From the NCBI GenBank assembly GCA_003971905.1, contig RSEE01000058.1, positions 1 through 64,000 on the forward strand: DNA of 64,000 nucleotides, in the 5' to 3' direction. Positions 42,720 through 55,110 of the stretch are shown piece by piece. A program made the translations under genes and the position numbers. The DNA comes from Moniliella sp. 'wahieum'. Its lineage: Eukaryota. Numbering within the stretch: position 1 is the first letter of the stretch; each line of letters starts with the position of its first letter. The notes under the pieces are model-generated. The model had not been told where the DNA came from. It saw only the letters and a program-made list of their open reading frames with translations, and ran no database searches.

Positions 42720-44024
42720 GAAGAGGGAGCTAAACGAAGCTATTCAGATGGAGGTGCTCCAGGGCACGCGGTGAACCGGCTCCCCTGCGCCTGCCACGGA
42801 GCGGGTGGCGGCTGTGTCTGCGCTTGCGCCGGTGCCTGCGCCTCCCCCTGCGACGGACGCTCAAGGCGGAGTTACCGGCATCCCCGCAGATCCTTGCCAT
42901 TCAACATGCTGACAACCTTGTCGGCCCCCGCCTTGTCCGGCACCACCACCACTCCCATCCCGCCCCCATGCACATCCGCACGTACCGCGGCACCCCGTCG
43001 TCCGCACCATATCCTTCAGATCTTCCACCCCACCTCTGGCGCCAACTAGTTCACCTCGTCAGTTCGGGTCGGGAGCATGAGGCTAGAAGGGAAAAGAAAA
43101 TACGTTAGAAATCAAGACTGTCACCCCATCTCCCCCGGGGCGCCCATGGTGCGGGCGGGGGGGTGGAGAAGCGGCTAGCCCCCGATCTTCTCGGACAAAC
43201 ACCCTGCCCAGCAAGGTAGCTTCGTTCAGCTATGATAGATGGCGCGTTGGGCATCGTCCTGCGTCGCATACTCCCAATGCCACACCCTTTGCTCTGACCA
43301 TTGGGCAGAGTAAGGATATCGGCAAACAGGACGTTGCCCGCCGAGCGCATGAAATCCTTCAATTCGGTCCAGCGCACATTGTACGGCAAATTGCCCACAT
43401 ACACACGATTCCTCTGCCGCTCCACATCGGGGGCAGGAAGCCTCCTGCTCCTCCTGTTCCAGCTGCTAGCCCTGCTCCTGTTCCTGCTCCTCCTACTCCT
43501 ACTCCTGCTCCTCCGCCCATGCTGCCGGTACTGCCTCCACCATAGGAAGCAGGAGGACCCACCGAGCCCGGGGGAGGCGGCTGCGCGTACCCGCCATACG
43601 GCGGGCGGTAGCTGTCGCGGTACGGTGGACGGTAGCTGTCGCGGTACGGTCGCCATACGGCTCACGGTACTTGTCACGATACGTGTCGCGGTACGTGTCG
43701 CGGTACGGCTCGCGGTCGGGGTACGGAGGAGCGTACCCGTAGCTGGAGGGTACGATGCTGCAGGCGGGTACGCGTACGAGGTGGGCGCGCCGCATAGTGG
43801 TTGGGCGGCTCGGCGTAGGGAGAGGCGGCAGCGGCAGCGGCACTGGCACTGGCAGGAGCGGCAGCGGTAGCGCCAGTGGCCGGGGCGGTGCGGGCGGGGT
43901 TGTACTCGTCCCGCGACGCGCGGAGGCTCGGAGACGAGGCACGGCGTGGCTCAGGCGAGTGGGAGCGGCGGCGGCCGGCGTAGTACTCGGCGCGCGGCGG
44001 CGGGTACGCGGGCGTGTCGGCCAT
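42720..44024 (-). CDS. GBP2: SR-like RRM protein of the Gbp2/Hrb1 family; 3' end approximate
   Basis: Arg/Ser/Tyr-rich N-terminus, then [44 protein letters not shown]. Remnants of a second RRM (EDLKDM...VRADVH...SMLNG) follow. Confidence 0.75.
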
Positions 44025-45737
44025 GGCGGGCGGTGGGGCGCGGACGGTGGAGGTGGTCAGAGGCCGCAGGCTGCCGATGGACGCTGGGCCGCTCCGAGCC
44101 GACAGGCTGGCTGATGAGGTCATCCATCATCCACCCGCTCGGCGTGGAAGAGGAATTGGAAGGATTAGGTAAGCCAGTGCTGCAAATTCAATATTTACCG
44201 GTTACTTGGTCGAACGGATTGGAGCGGGCGGGAGCGCATCGATTTTTTGACAGTTGGGCTGGCTGGGCCGAAGAGCCCATCGGGGAATGGGTGGATCAAG
44301 TATACTCCTTCTCCTCACCCCATCCAGACCCCCCACATCCCATCCACCTCCCATTCCCCATACACACACAGCACCCTCACAGCAGGACAGCCACCGTGCT
44401 CGTTGCCATCGATTCCAGAGCTTACATTGTGCCATGTGCATCCACACAGAGTGCATGTTGGCGTTTTACCGCGGTTACGCCCCTCCGGTTGGAGAACAGG
44501 CCTCCCACATGTAAGCGAACTTGCACAGCAACCTTTGCAAAAGAGGAACACGCGTGTGAAAACTCATGCACTGGATCTGGGCCAGAAACCTCATGCCTTG
44601 CACAACGGCTCCTGGGAATGAGAAAAAGGTGTGCATTCCAGTGGGAGAAAGGAAAGGAAAGGCTCCCATATGACAACTGAAGGCGAAACGTGGAAATTGG
44701 GAAAATGGCAGCCACTCAGTCGCTCTGTTCGTGGTTGGACACCTGTCTGTCCCTGCCCGTCGCCCCAAATGCGGGGACCGACTATCACTGTGTGGATGGC
44801 TCATTCATGTGGGTCTTTCTTCGCCCCCCCGGCAACGGTTTGAGGGAAAATGCCCATCACTTTATAGATCTTGGTCAGCTTGGTCCCAGGCACTTTTGTG
44901 GCCCCATACTATATTCATCCACACATCGTGTCTCGCTGAAAACAGTGTTCGCCAACACGATGTGTACGCAGCGGCGCCCTCATCTCCATCCACTAATGAG
45001 CAGTATTATGGGAAGTCCCGTAATACCGTGATTCCCTTCAAGTGCGTTCTGCATTTTGCCTTGATCCTGAGCCATGCCTCAAAACACCCTCAAACGTCTC
45101 AACAATGGCTGTTCTACTCTACGTGCGTTCTATTGGACGACCACAGTCTATAGACGATATTCCGAAGAGACTTGATACACGAAATTGAAGGGCACAATTA
45201 GAAGTAACGCATAACTGACCTCATCATGTAACCTCAAGCATCATCTGCATCGCCCACAGCACCATGGGCCATGCATGTATTAGGTGCACATACGATGTGC
45301 GGGGAATCTCGCCCCCATGTCTCGAGACGCAACTGAAGAGAGATCAGAGGTTGGATGAGATATACATTGCCAAGACGCATTCAGTCCTGGGTATGGTAGC
45401 ACAGGTCATTAATATGTCGTGGCATATCTTCAGTACGCGCGCCCACAGAGTGTACGCGGAGGTAGGACCATATGAGCAGTACCAAGCGTAAGGCCCATGC
45501 GAGAGAAACTAAAAGCGAGCAGATGGAATTCGATACTGGCAGGTCCGTGCACCCTGGGCGCGGGGGTTGTGTTCTGCGTCCAGTGAGGGCTGCGTCATAG
45601 AATGCACAGCGCGGGTTGCCGGGCACGGGGGCAGTGGCAATTACCGGGCTTGGGCAGTTCGCGATTATGTTGGCTTTTCGCTAACCGATAAGTGCGACCC
45701 CCATCCCCTCGAGGCCCAACTTGGTTTCGTCCCACCA

Positions 45738-47571
45738 ATGTCTGCCTCCACGGAGCGTGCTCCCCTTCTGGGGTCAAACGACCCCAACTACGCCTCGGTT
45801 GAGGCCCAGGATCCTGCTGCCACTGCTGAAGAGATTGCGCAGGAGAGCGCGTTCGAAGCCAGTGCGTCTTTCCCTTACCTGGTGTGAGAATCAAACTGAC
45901 GCGCTCGTCTCAGTCCAAGCCGCAGAGCATGGCGTTGACCCCGACTCGTCGGCTTTTGCGCCGCACGTATCGCGCGTCTCGCTGCGTGGCGCGCCTGAAA
46001 ACCCGGATTGCCTCCCAAATCAGAGGTGCTGGTGATCTTGAGTGCGCTCTGGATCGGCAGTTTCCTCGCCGCCTTGGACGGGACGATTGTTGCGACCATT
46101 CTCACGGCGGTCGTCGGAGTTCAATGTGTCTAAGGAGATCTCGTGGCTTGGAACGTCCTACTTGCTCACCCAGACAGGTTTCCAGCCACTGTACGGAAAG
46201 TGCTCCGACATTTTTGGCCGCAAGCCTGCTACGCTCTTTGCCTCGGCAGTCTTTTTCCTTGGCTCGCTCCTTTGTGGGCTATCGCGCACGTTTACCCAGC
46301 TTTGTCTTGCCCGTGCACTGGCCGGAATTGGCGGCGGGGTCTGACGACCATGTCGACCATTGTCACATCGGACCTGGTCTCACTCAAAGAGCGTGGCACG
46401 TACCAAGGCTTTGGTAACCTGGTATATGCGGTTGGCGCCTCTGTTGGTGGGCCACTTGGAGGAGCGCTCGCCGACGGTGGCCTGGGATGGCGCTGGGCTT
46501 TCTTGATCCAGGTTCCGCTCTGTATGATCCACTTTGGCGTTGTCTCGGCCAAGGTCAAGATCCCGCCCGGCCCAGGTTCAATGATTGAGAAGTTGAAAAG
46601 GATTGACGCATTGGGTGGTGCGACGCTCGTCTTGTCCGTCACGCTTGTGCTACTTGCCCTCAGTTTGGGGGGAAACACGCGCCCTTGGTCGGATGCCCTT
46701 GTGCTTTGCTCGCTCTTCAGTGGTATTGCACTGGCCGCAGGGTTTATCGTGGTGGAGAAGTACGTGGCACGGGAGCCGCTGATGCCGCTGCGTGTTCTTT
46801 TCCGGCGCACCCCTGGCGCCGTGGCATTGGCAGCACTCTTCACCTCGGTTAGCCAATTTGGGATCTTGTTCAACATTCCTCTCTACTTTACCACGATTGA
46901 GCGTACCTCCTCTTCCTACGCTGGTCTCCACTTGATCCCCAACTCAGTCCTGCCTTGCCTCCTCGTGCTCGATGGGCAGCGGCCTGATCATGGCCTGGAC
47001 TGGACGCTACAAGCTAATGCTCCTCATCGTTTCGGCTGCGGCAGCGGTAGGCCCATTGGGAATGCGTTCTGGCACCAGGGCACGTCTGAGTGGTTCTATT
47101 GGCTAATGATGCCCTGGAATGGCATTGGCTTTGGTGGCATCCTGACCATCACGCTTGTTGCGCTCATTGCCTCGGTTGATCCAGCTGACATGTCAGCCGC
47201 AACCGGCATGACGTACCTCTTCCGTGCTGTGGGTTCGATCAGTGGTGTGTCGGTTTCGCAAGCCATCCTGCAAGCCCGCTTGCAGACAACGCTCTCTGCT
47301 GCAGGGCTCAAGCCAAAGATTGTTTCGGCCATCCGTGACGATGTGAACGTGATTGGCACGTTGCCACGCAAGCTCCGCGAAGCGGCGATTGGCGCCTACA
47401 CCCAATCTCTCCGCTCCGTCTCTCCTATTCATTTTCCTTACGACTATCTGTGCCTTCTTGGCGACCATCCCCATCCAGGAATTTGCCCTTCCCGGAGCCA
47501 AGCCCGCCAGGCCGCCCCGTCGGGCCCGACACGAGGAGCCCATTGCAGAGGAGGAGGAACCTGCAGAGTAA
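45738..47571 (+). CDS. MFS transporter, DHA2/Vba-like (vacuolar basic amino-acid or drug transporter), frameshifted
   Basis: N-terminal ERAPLL sorting-like motif. FLAALDGTIVAT, SWLGTSYLLTQTGFQPLYGKCSDIFGRK, SDLVSLKERGTYQG, GWRWAFLIQVP and ATGMTYLFRAVG. Confidence 0.88.
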
Positions 47572-48035
47572 ACTTTCTTTCGTTTACTCTTGTTTTCTTT
47601 TCCCTTTCCTTTTTCCTTTTTCTTTTTTTCTCTTCCCTGTTTCCCTATCAATTCTTCTCCCTTACTCGCATTATCATCTCTTCTGAGGCAGTCAAGCACA
47701 CGAGAGAAACTGATTACCCACAATGGATGAGAACAAAGTGTCAGAGTTGCAACTCGCAGGAGGAGCGCAGAGGAGGAGGGGTACCACCCCGAAGAACCTG
47801 CATTAAGGCGGAGGTTGATGCCTACAATAAAATGTTTTAGCGTCTCGTCGATTATGGACAAAAGGGCAAGCTGCCGTCGCGGTCGGGCTGGGGGGAATGG
47901 TAACTGTAGGTTTTGTCTTCGAATAGCATGACAGGCAGTCGTAGGAGAGAGAAAAGGGAGCCCGTTTTTGGCATCTCTGTGCGAGAGAAGTTACAATCCG
48001 CATTTGGGGTGAAACTGGTGTTGTGTAACAAAAAA

Positions 48036-48131
48036 TCTCCCCTCTGGGAGTCGAACCCAGGACATTCCGGCGGAAGGTTTTCTTCCAATAGACCAATACA
48101 ATCTGACGCTCTTCCACTGAGCTAAGGAGAG
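48036..48131 (-). tRNA. tRNA-Tyr(GTA), intron-containing; anticodon arm imperfect
   Basis: Acceptor stem CTCTCCT/AGGGGAG+A, A box TAGCTCAGTGG, anticodon loop TTGTA, T arm CTGGGTTCGACTCCCAG, followed by an oligo-T terminator. Confidence 0.8.
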
Positions 48132-49299
48132 GGCTGGGCTTAGGAGCCTCTAAATAGGGAAGTACTGCTATTTTTGTTGTGGCATGAATTACTTTGGCTC
48201 GTTCTTCTTTTGGACAGGGAGACGCTACCTTCCTAGTGGACACAAGTCTGTTCCTTGATACGCTCCCGTTCAAGTTCCCGTTTCACATAGAAGTTGTTGT
48301 GCTCATATCGTCCTTGTCTCCCCTTCGATTGCAGACCCGCGGGGTGGTCCTGAGGCGGATGGCCCTGCGTTTCTAGGAGGCTACACGAAGATCAAGCTTG
48401 CTCAGATTTGTGGGACTGGACGACCCATTGTGCACACCCTCCTATACCATCCCAAACGTGGAAAGCTAGCATCGTTGGCCGTTAGCACACTCTTTCCGCG
48501 ATGACCCTGACCAACACGGTCACGACTTCTATTTCCCTCGACTGTTTGCCAACAATGCGACTAAAGCTCCCACTTCAGTTCACCAAGCATTGAAGTTCAA
48601 CGACGCGCTTTGGCCGAGAGGGTGCAGTTGGCCACTGACTTTAGCGACACGGGCGCGCGCTGGTTTACTACGCACAAGCCAACAAAAGCAAAGTCTTGGC
48701 AATGCGTACAATGCGTAGAGGCGTGTGTTGTTCTCCTCGGTGCCACCCATGGGTGCAACCAACGCTCCTTCGCCTCCAGCTTAGACGAGACCTAGTTTGG
48801 TCTCGCGGCCTAGCGCATCTTGTTTACCACCAAGTCTTTGTCGATGCTTCTCCGCCCTTTATGTACATCAACGGAGAGAACGCACTGGATTCTACACCGG
48901 TGCAGGCGAGACGATAACCCGAGGTCAGTGGTGTGGTTCGTATTGGGTGGGTTATGTGAATGCGACTGAGACGTGTGTGGGAGTCTCGTGGCGGGGGGCA
49001 AGGATGAGTACCCGGCGGGATTCGAACGGAAAGACGGCAATCTATCATCAGTGGTACTTGTGTATCCTAGCAACGCCAAGACGCTTGGCAATGCCGTCGG
49101 CGTGCTGCGGAGGCGGGTCGCGGTAATCAACATCGCCTCACCCCTTTCTGCCCCGGTAGTTGGCGCCCTCTGTGCCACTAGGTCGATATGGCGCTACGAG
49201 AACGGGAGACACGGATGGGCGCATGAACCATGAACGAGCAGATGGACAAGGCGTCCGGTTCACTGCTGGAGGCTCGAGATCTGACGTGGAACTACGATT

Positions 49300-50420
49300 A
49301 TTTGCTGTGGTGCAACGGGCGGCTCAAGGACAGCCGCCTGTGTTCCGAAGAGCAGACAATGACTTTGTATTGGTGGTGGCAGTGGCAGTGGTGATGGCGC
49401 AAGACATGGAAATGGAAGTGGAAGTAGAAGTGGAAGTGGAAGTGGAAGCGATGGTAATGGTGACGACGGGGGTGGGGGTGAGGATGAGGACGCGGTAGTG
49501 CTGGCAAGGGCATTTCACCGCCATTGAATTTTTCTACTACCTTCTCGACCCGCGTGGTTGGGCGGTGAGGGGGCGTCGCCGTCATCCTGAACGACGTGCT
49601 GGGCATGGAGACTGGCCCACTGGCTGCTGGCTAGCATGCATCCTGCAGAGCGGCGCAGTGCAGAGCGGGGGGACGCCGGGGCGCAGGGGCAGTGTTGTAC
49701 TGCGGCGGAGGGGACTGCAGCGGACACGCGGGCTAATTTGGACGGCCGGTTTGGATTTGGAAGCGGTTGAAGCTGGTGGCCGCCGGCAGCTCGGGCTCAG
49801 CGCAGGGCTGGCCGTGGCTGTCGACGCTGGGATGCCTCCATCGCTGCGGCCGGGGGGCGATGGGGGCAGCCGCACGCGTCTGGGCAGGCGAGCGCCTACA
49901 CCAGCCAACACTCCACCCGCGTCGGTCGGCGGGCGTTTGCGGCATCTACTACTCTACTATGATGGATGGCTCAGCTGGCCAGCGCCATATGGCCCAGAGC
50001 GCGCCACCATCCGTCCCTGATACCACCTCCATCGCGCCAGAGAGGCGACAGCATCCAGCGTTGCAGTTCCATCAGGCCGGAGCTCCTGCAGGCGGCATTG
50101 AACGTTGAACAAGCCTCGCGGGCTGGCCCCAGACGGAGATGAGACCGAGTAGATAGGAGAGGCCGTGACGCTGACGCCCGTCACGCGTAGCCGCCCCAGC
50201 CGGCGCTTGTCTTTGGATAGCGAATCCCCCAACCTGCCCTGGGCGGCTGGAGCGCGCTTGTCAGATATACCCGCCTTGCGCCAATCCCCTCGCCCACTTG
50301 CCGCAGTTTTCCCCCTCTCTTTTCAGCTCTCTGGCCCTCGCAGTCTCTCTTGCTTTCCGTCCACCACACCACCCCCTCCCCTGTTTCTGCATCGCTTCAT
50401 CAAAACAGCACCGTGTATGT
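49300..50420 (-). CDS. Possible hypothetical protein, boundaries uncertain
   Basis: A chain of GC-rich minus-strand ORF pieces (49957-50232, 49582-49911, 49298-49606) divergent from H3. No family recognised. Confidence 0.3.
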
Positions 50421-50720
50421 CCCCCTCCTTCTCTCCCCCCTCTCCTGTCCTCCCCTTCTCTGGCTGTGGCTACGCGCGGCTATGGTCTGCATGTCATGCC
50501 CAGACCCACCGCGGCCATAGCCACACGCGTTGCGGCCATCGGCAAGGCTATACCCATCATCGCCATGTAGCACTTCCTTGGTACTGACTGCTGTCCAATT
50601 TTTTTTTTTTCCTTTTCGCCTTCATTTGCCCACTGCTACTGCTGCGCATCGACTCTCACGTGCACTCCCCATTGTCCTTCACCATCCCCACCACCACCGC
50701 CACTACCGCTACCGTCCTAA

Positions 50721-51164
<444 letters not shown>

Positions 51165-54100
51165 GGCCCCGGCCCTTTTTCCGTACATGCACCAGCCCGT
51201 GCATCTCTTTGCCTCTCGCGCTTCTATGTCTCGTCCTGTTTCTTTTTCCCCCGCCACATGCCTCTCCCATTGGATCCGCCTGTCTGCTGCGCCCTAGGTG
51301 CCCCGCAGCAACAACTATGACGTGTTTCCTTCCCTCCCTCGCCTCGTCCTCCAGTCTCGTCTGTTTCCGTGCGCAGGAGGAGCGCGCGCCGCCCTGGCCA
51401 TCTACATTTCGTCTTCTCTCTTTCGTACGCGCATTTTGCGGTGCTGCGCACCACGAGGTAGTTCAGTATAGACATGTTTAGCCTACAGTGAAAATGGTAC
51501 GGTGGCCGTCATAGAAAACCCATCGTATTGAACAGAACAGCAGGACGGGCGACTTGGCACCTCTCTTTTCAGTTTGCAGCCGTGCGAACTCAGGAGGGAC
51601 AGGGGGGCGAATAGGAGTGGGAAGCGACGCTTCAAGCTTCAGGCCTCAGGCTTCAAGTTGAAGCTTCAAGCTTGACTTGAAGATTCACTGGACGAGCGTC
51701 GTCGATGAGTCGGCCCGGGCATCCCTGAGATTGATTACGGCCGGTGGAAAATTGAATGTTGATCACAGAGATCACCGGCCGCTCAGTAGATCATCGATCA
51801 CCAGTAAGATGGGCCGCAACACTGCCGCATCAGAGCTGCTGAATCAGCAACGGGCGCCAGTGGCCATATGCACAGCGCCCCCAGACGAGCCACGGGTCAG
51901 GTCGTCGCGTCGCCCTTCGGTGTTATGGGCACATCACGTGACTTGGAGCGCGCACCGTACTAAGAACGCAGATAGAGATACCAGACCGCGTCCTTATTGT
52001 GGACACACCTGAGGAGATCTTCATCACCTTCACTACGCCCATACACCTGCTGGAGTTCAACTAGGGAGTGCTACAGCCCGCAGAAGAGATCGGCTTCAAC
52101 ACGTACGGGAAGGCAGGGTGGTTAGTTACACCAGTCGTGCAATTCAAGCATGCCAAAAGGGAAAGGAGACAGGAAAATAAGAGCAAATCCGTTGATGAAG
52201 CAACCAAAAAAAGGGGTTTGTACAGCTTGTAGAACGAATCTGGCCAGCTCTTATAGTAAGCAAGCGTTGCAGATCAATTGCGGAGAGTGCAGGGGAACTG
52301 TAGTAATAAGTAGCACGAACGTCTCCCACGCCCTGCCTGTTCTCCCTATTACTGCTGTCTCACTTCCCCCTTCCCTTTTCTCCATTCACTCAGTTCACAC
52401 AACTCTTTTTAACACCCAGAAGATTTTTCCGTTATTTCGGTCGTCCCAGCCGCAAGCATGCGTCTCTCGCCGCGCTGCCGGTGCCAAAAAAACCTACCTC
52501 AGAGAGTGAAGTTCTTAGTACCTCGAAAGGTCGAACATTTTTTTTTCTTTTAAAATGAAGACCGCTTGGCTTTGAGCACAGCTGAGTCGGGTTGAATGCT
52601 GACTCTGTTCACCCTTGCCGTATAATAGTCATGTTCCGATTCAACCGTCATATTGAGGATCCCATCTACACGCCAGGAAGGGAAGTGTATGTGCAGCAGA
52701 CGCGTGTAGGTCTATATAGGGAGCGCGTAAGGTCTATATAGTGAGAGGCCTGGGTGAGGCCACCGACAGCGAGCTCGTTTGTTCTCATTTCAGTAACCCT
52801 CAGTGTCACTTATCCACTTAGCTATAGGCAATGGAGATTGTATTGCAGAGCTAAATGAAGAACTAGTAGGCTGTAATGCGTTCCGAAGCCGCATGCACGT
52901 GGAAATTCTTCCGGAACGCGCTCGCCCGATACTACCCTGCGTATGCCGAGCCAGCTGTGTCACTTAATGCCCATGAGCGCATGAGATGTTGTGGACCGCT
53001 GGCGTTCAACCCAACGCTCAGGATTATAACATTTTGGCCAGCAATACCATGCAACGATCTGCGCCCACGCTCTCTCACCGGCCCACAAAAGAGTACTGTT
53101 GCCGTTGTTATTGAGATTATCTTGGTACATCTCCCTTCCTCTTGATACCTCCCCCGTATGGTCTCGTTGTGCTTGCTTAAGGATCGATATCCATTAATAT
53201 CGAAGAACAACTACTTCAGCACAGACAACAGGCACCCCCGTTACGAATGTTAGTGGCAAAAGGGATTTGCTTACACGGCCTAGATTCGTCTCCACTCTCT
53301 CAATACGCAGGGGTGTCGTACACTGTGTCAGCGGTGGGACGTTCACACGGTTTGGTAATCATGGTTGGCACCGTGTTTGTGCTTGGGCTTACGAAGTTCA
53401 CGTGTACGTGAACTTTTAGTGTAAAGGAGCCACGGGAATGTTGATCTTCTCGGTGTATAATAGACAGCTCGATACCTTTGTCGGCCAGCATCAGATTGAC
53501 CGAATCCCCTTCCGTGGTTTTCCCCTTTCACCGTCGCAGAATGCAACACCCCTCCATCCGGACGATGGCAGAGAAACAGGAGATCGGTTTTTTGGTCACA
53601 TCACGGTAAAAAGCATAGTGAAAGGGGCAGGCGGCCGGACAGGGCAACAAGCGACCGCGGATGTAAGAAGTGAATGGATGAAGCTTTGAAGCTTCAAGAA
53701 CAGACAGGGGAGGGTATCACCTCGAATAGGGCGCTGGGTTGGGTAGCACGTCGTTTTGATTTACAAAAGGGTATCTCACCGGCAGAAGCAGGGGCCTGGC
53801 TGTGGGTCGCACCTATCAGTCATACCTTTTTGCACTGCATCTGGGCCTCCGTCGCACCAAAAGGCGGATCGGTATAATGTTCCATGTTCCACGAGAACAG
53901 CTGCCTATGCGCAAAAGCTCCCAGCTGTACGCTGACATGGATAAGGCGCGCAGAGAAAGGGTTTCTACCTCTCGATGTTTATCGACAGTGGGTACGTCTG
54001 AATGGATTCTCGGCTCTCAGTAGTGCTCTCCTCCGCGTTCCATGACACAGAGCATCATTCATCACTCTGTTAATTCCATCCATCATTGGTCAAGCGGTTG

Positions 54101-54984
54101 GGGAATCAAGATGTCTGAATTCCCCAAAAGGGGGAACGTGGGGATCCAAAAGCATAACACGTTTGTGGCAAGTCACGTACATAGGCCAAGGCACCTTATC
54201 GATTATCCTACAAGCCCCTTACACACCTCGCTAACCTCCGAAACCTACACAGTATCCAAATCCCGGACCGGCCCAACCCCTGTCTCTTCCAGATGTGGCA
54301 TGATCATGTGCACAAGGCCATGAGACGGTGCATGAAGCTTGAAGTTTGAAGCTTGAAGCCTGAGGACCTGATGCTTAGACCTCAGGGCATGTGAGTGCAG
54401 TGTTGAGGCGCTGAGGCCTCGCTTCAAAGTTTAACCGAACGTTCAAGCTGTGAACGTTGTGAACGTTGACGTCAAAACCACCACGTTCCTCATTACATGA
54501 TCCGTTGCTCTCCGTCTGTCGAGGTTCTCTAACACCCAGCACTTTGGGTTCCCTCCGGTCCGTCTCATGTTGCTCCTGACAATTGGGCTGCAACCAGACG
54601 GGCAAAAGACTGAGTACTGAGTAGTAATAGTAGGGGCGAAAGTGGAGACTATACGGAATCGCGAGTACGGAGAACTGAGGTAAACCCTGAACAAAGAATC
54701 CAGTTGGAAAAGATAAGGTGTCGGAGGCCATGGAGAGAGAGAAGACTGGAGAGAGAAGCGGATACAGAGTCAAAAAAGGAAGATACAGGTGCGAGGATAT
54801 TGACGCTTGAAGGCAGTAGCCTGGTGTCAGAGCGTCGCAAGGGGGAGGAGACACTATGTCATCTCTGCGCCACAACCATTATGCTCTCCCCATGTGCCAT
54901 CCTCTGGCATTAGTTCTTCCCTGACATCATCATCGCGTTGGCGGTTTCAGACTGTGCTCGCAGGGGTCCTGGCATTCAAAACCT

Positions 54985-55110
54985 CCAAGCTCCAAGCTCC
55001 AAGCTTCAACTCTAAGCTCCAAGCTCTAAGCTCCAAGCTCCAAGGGCCACAAAAGCTCCAAGCTCCAATACGCTCCGAGAGTTCAAGCTCCAATAATAAG
55101 AAGCTCCGAG
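54985..55110. repeat. (AAGCTCC)n heptamer tandem repeat
   Basis: Directly visible. Confidence 0.85.
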
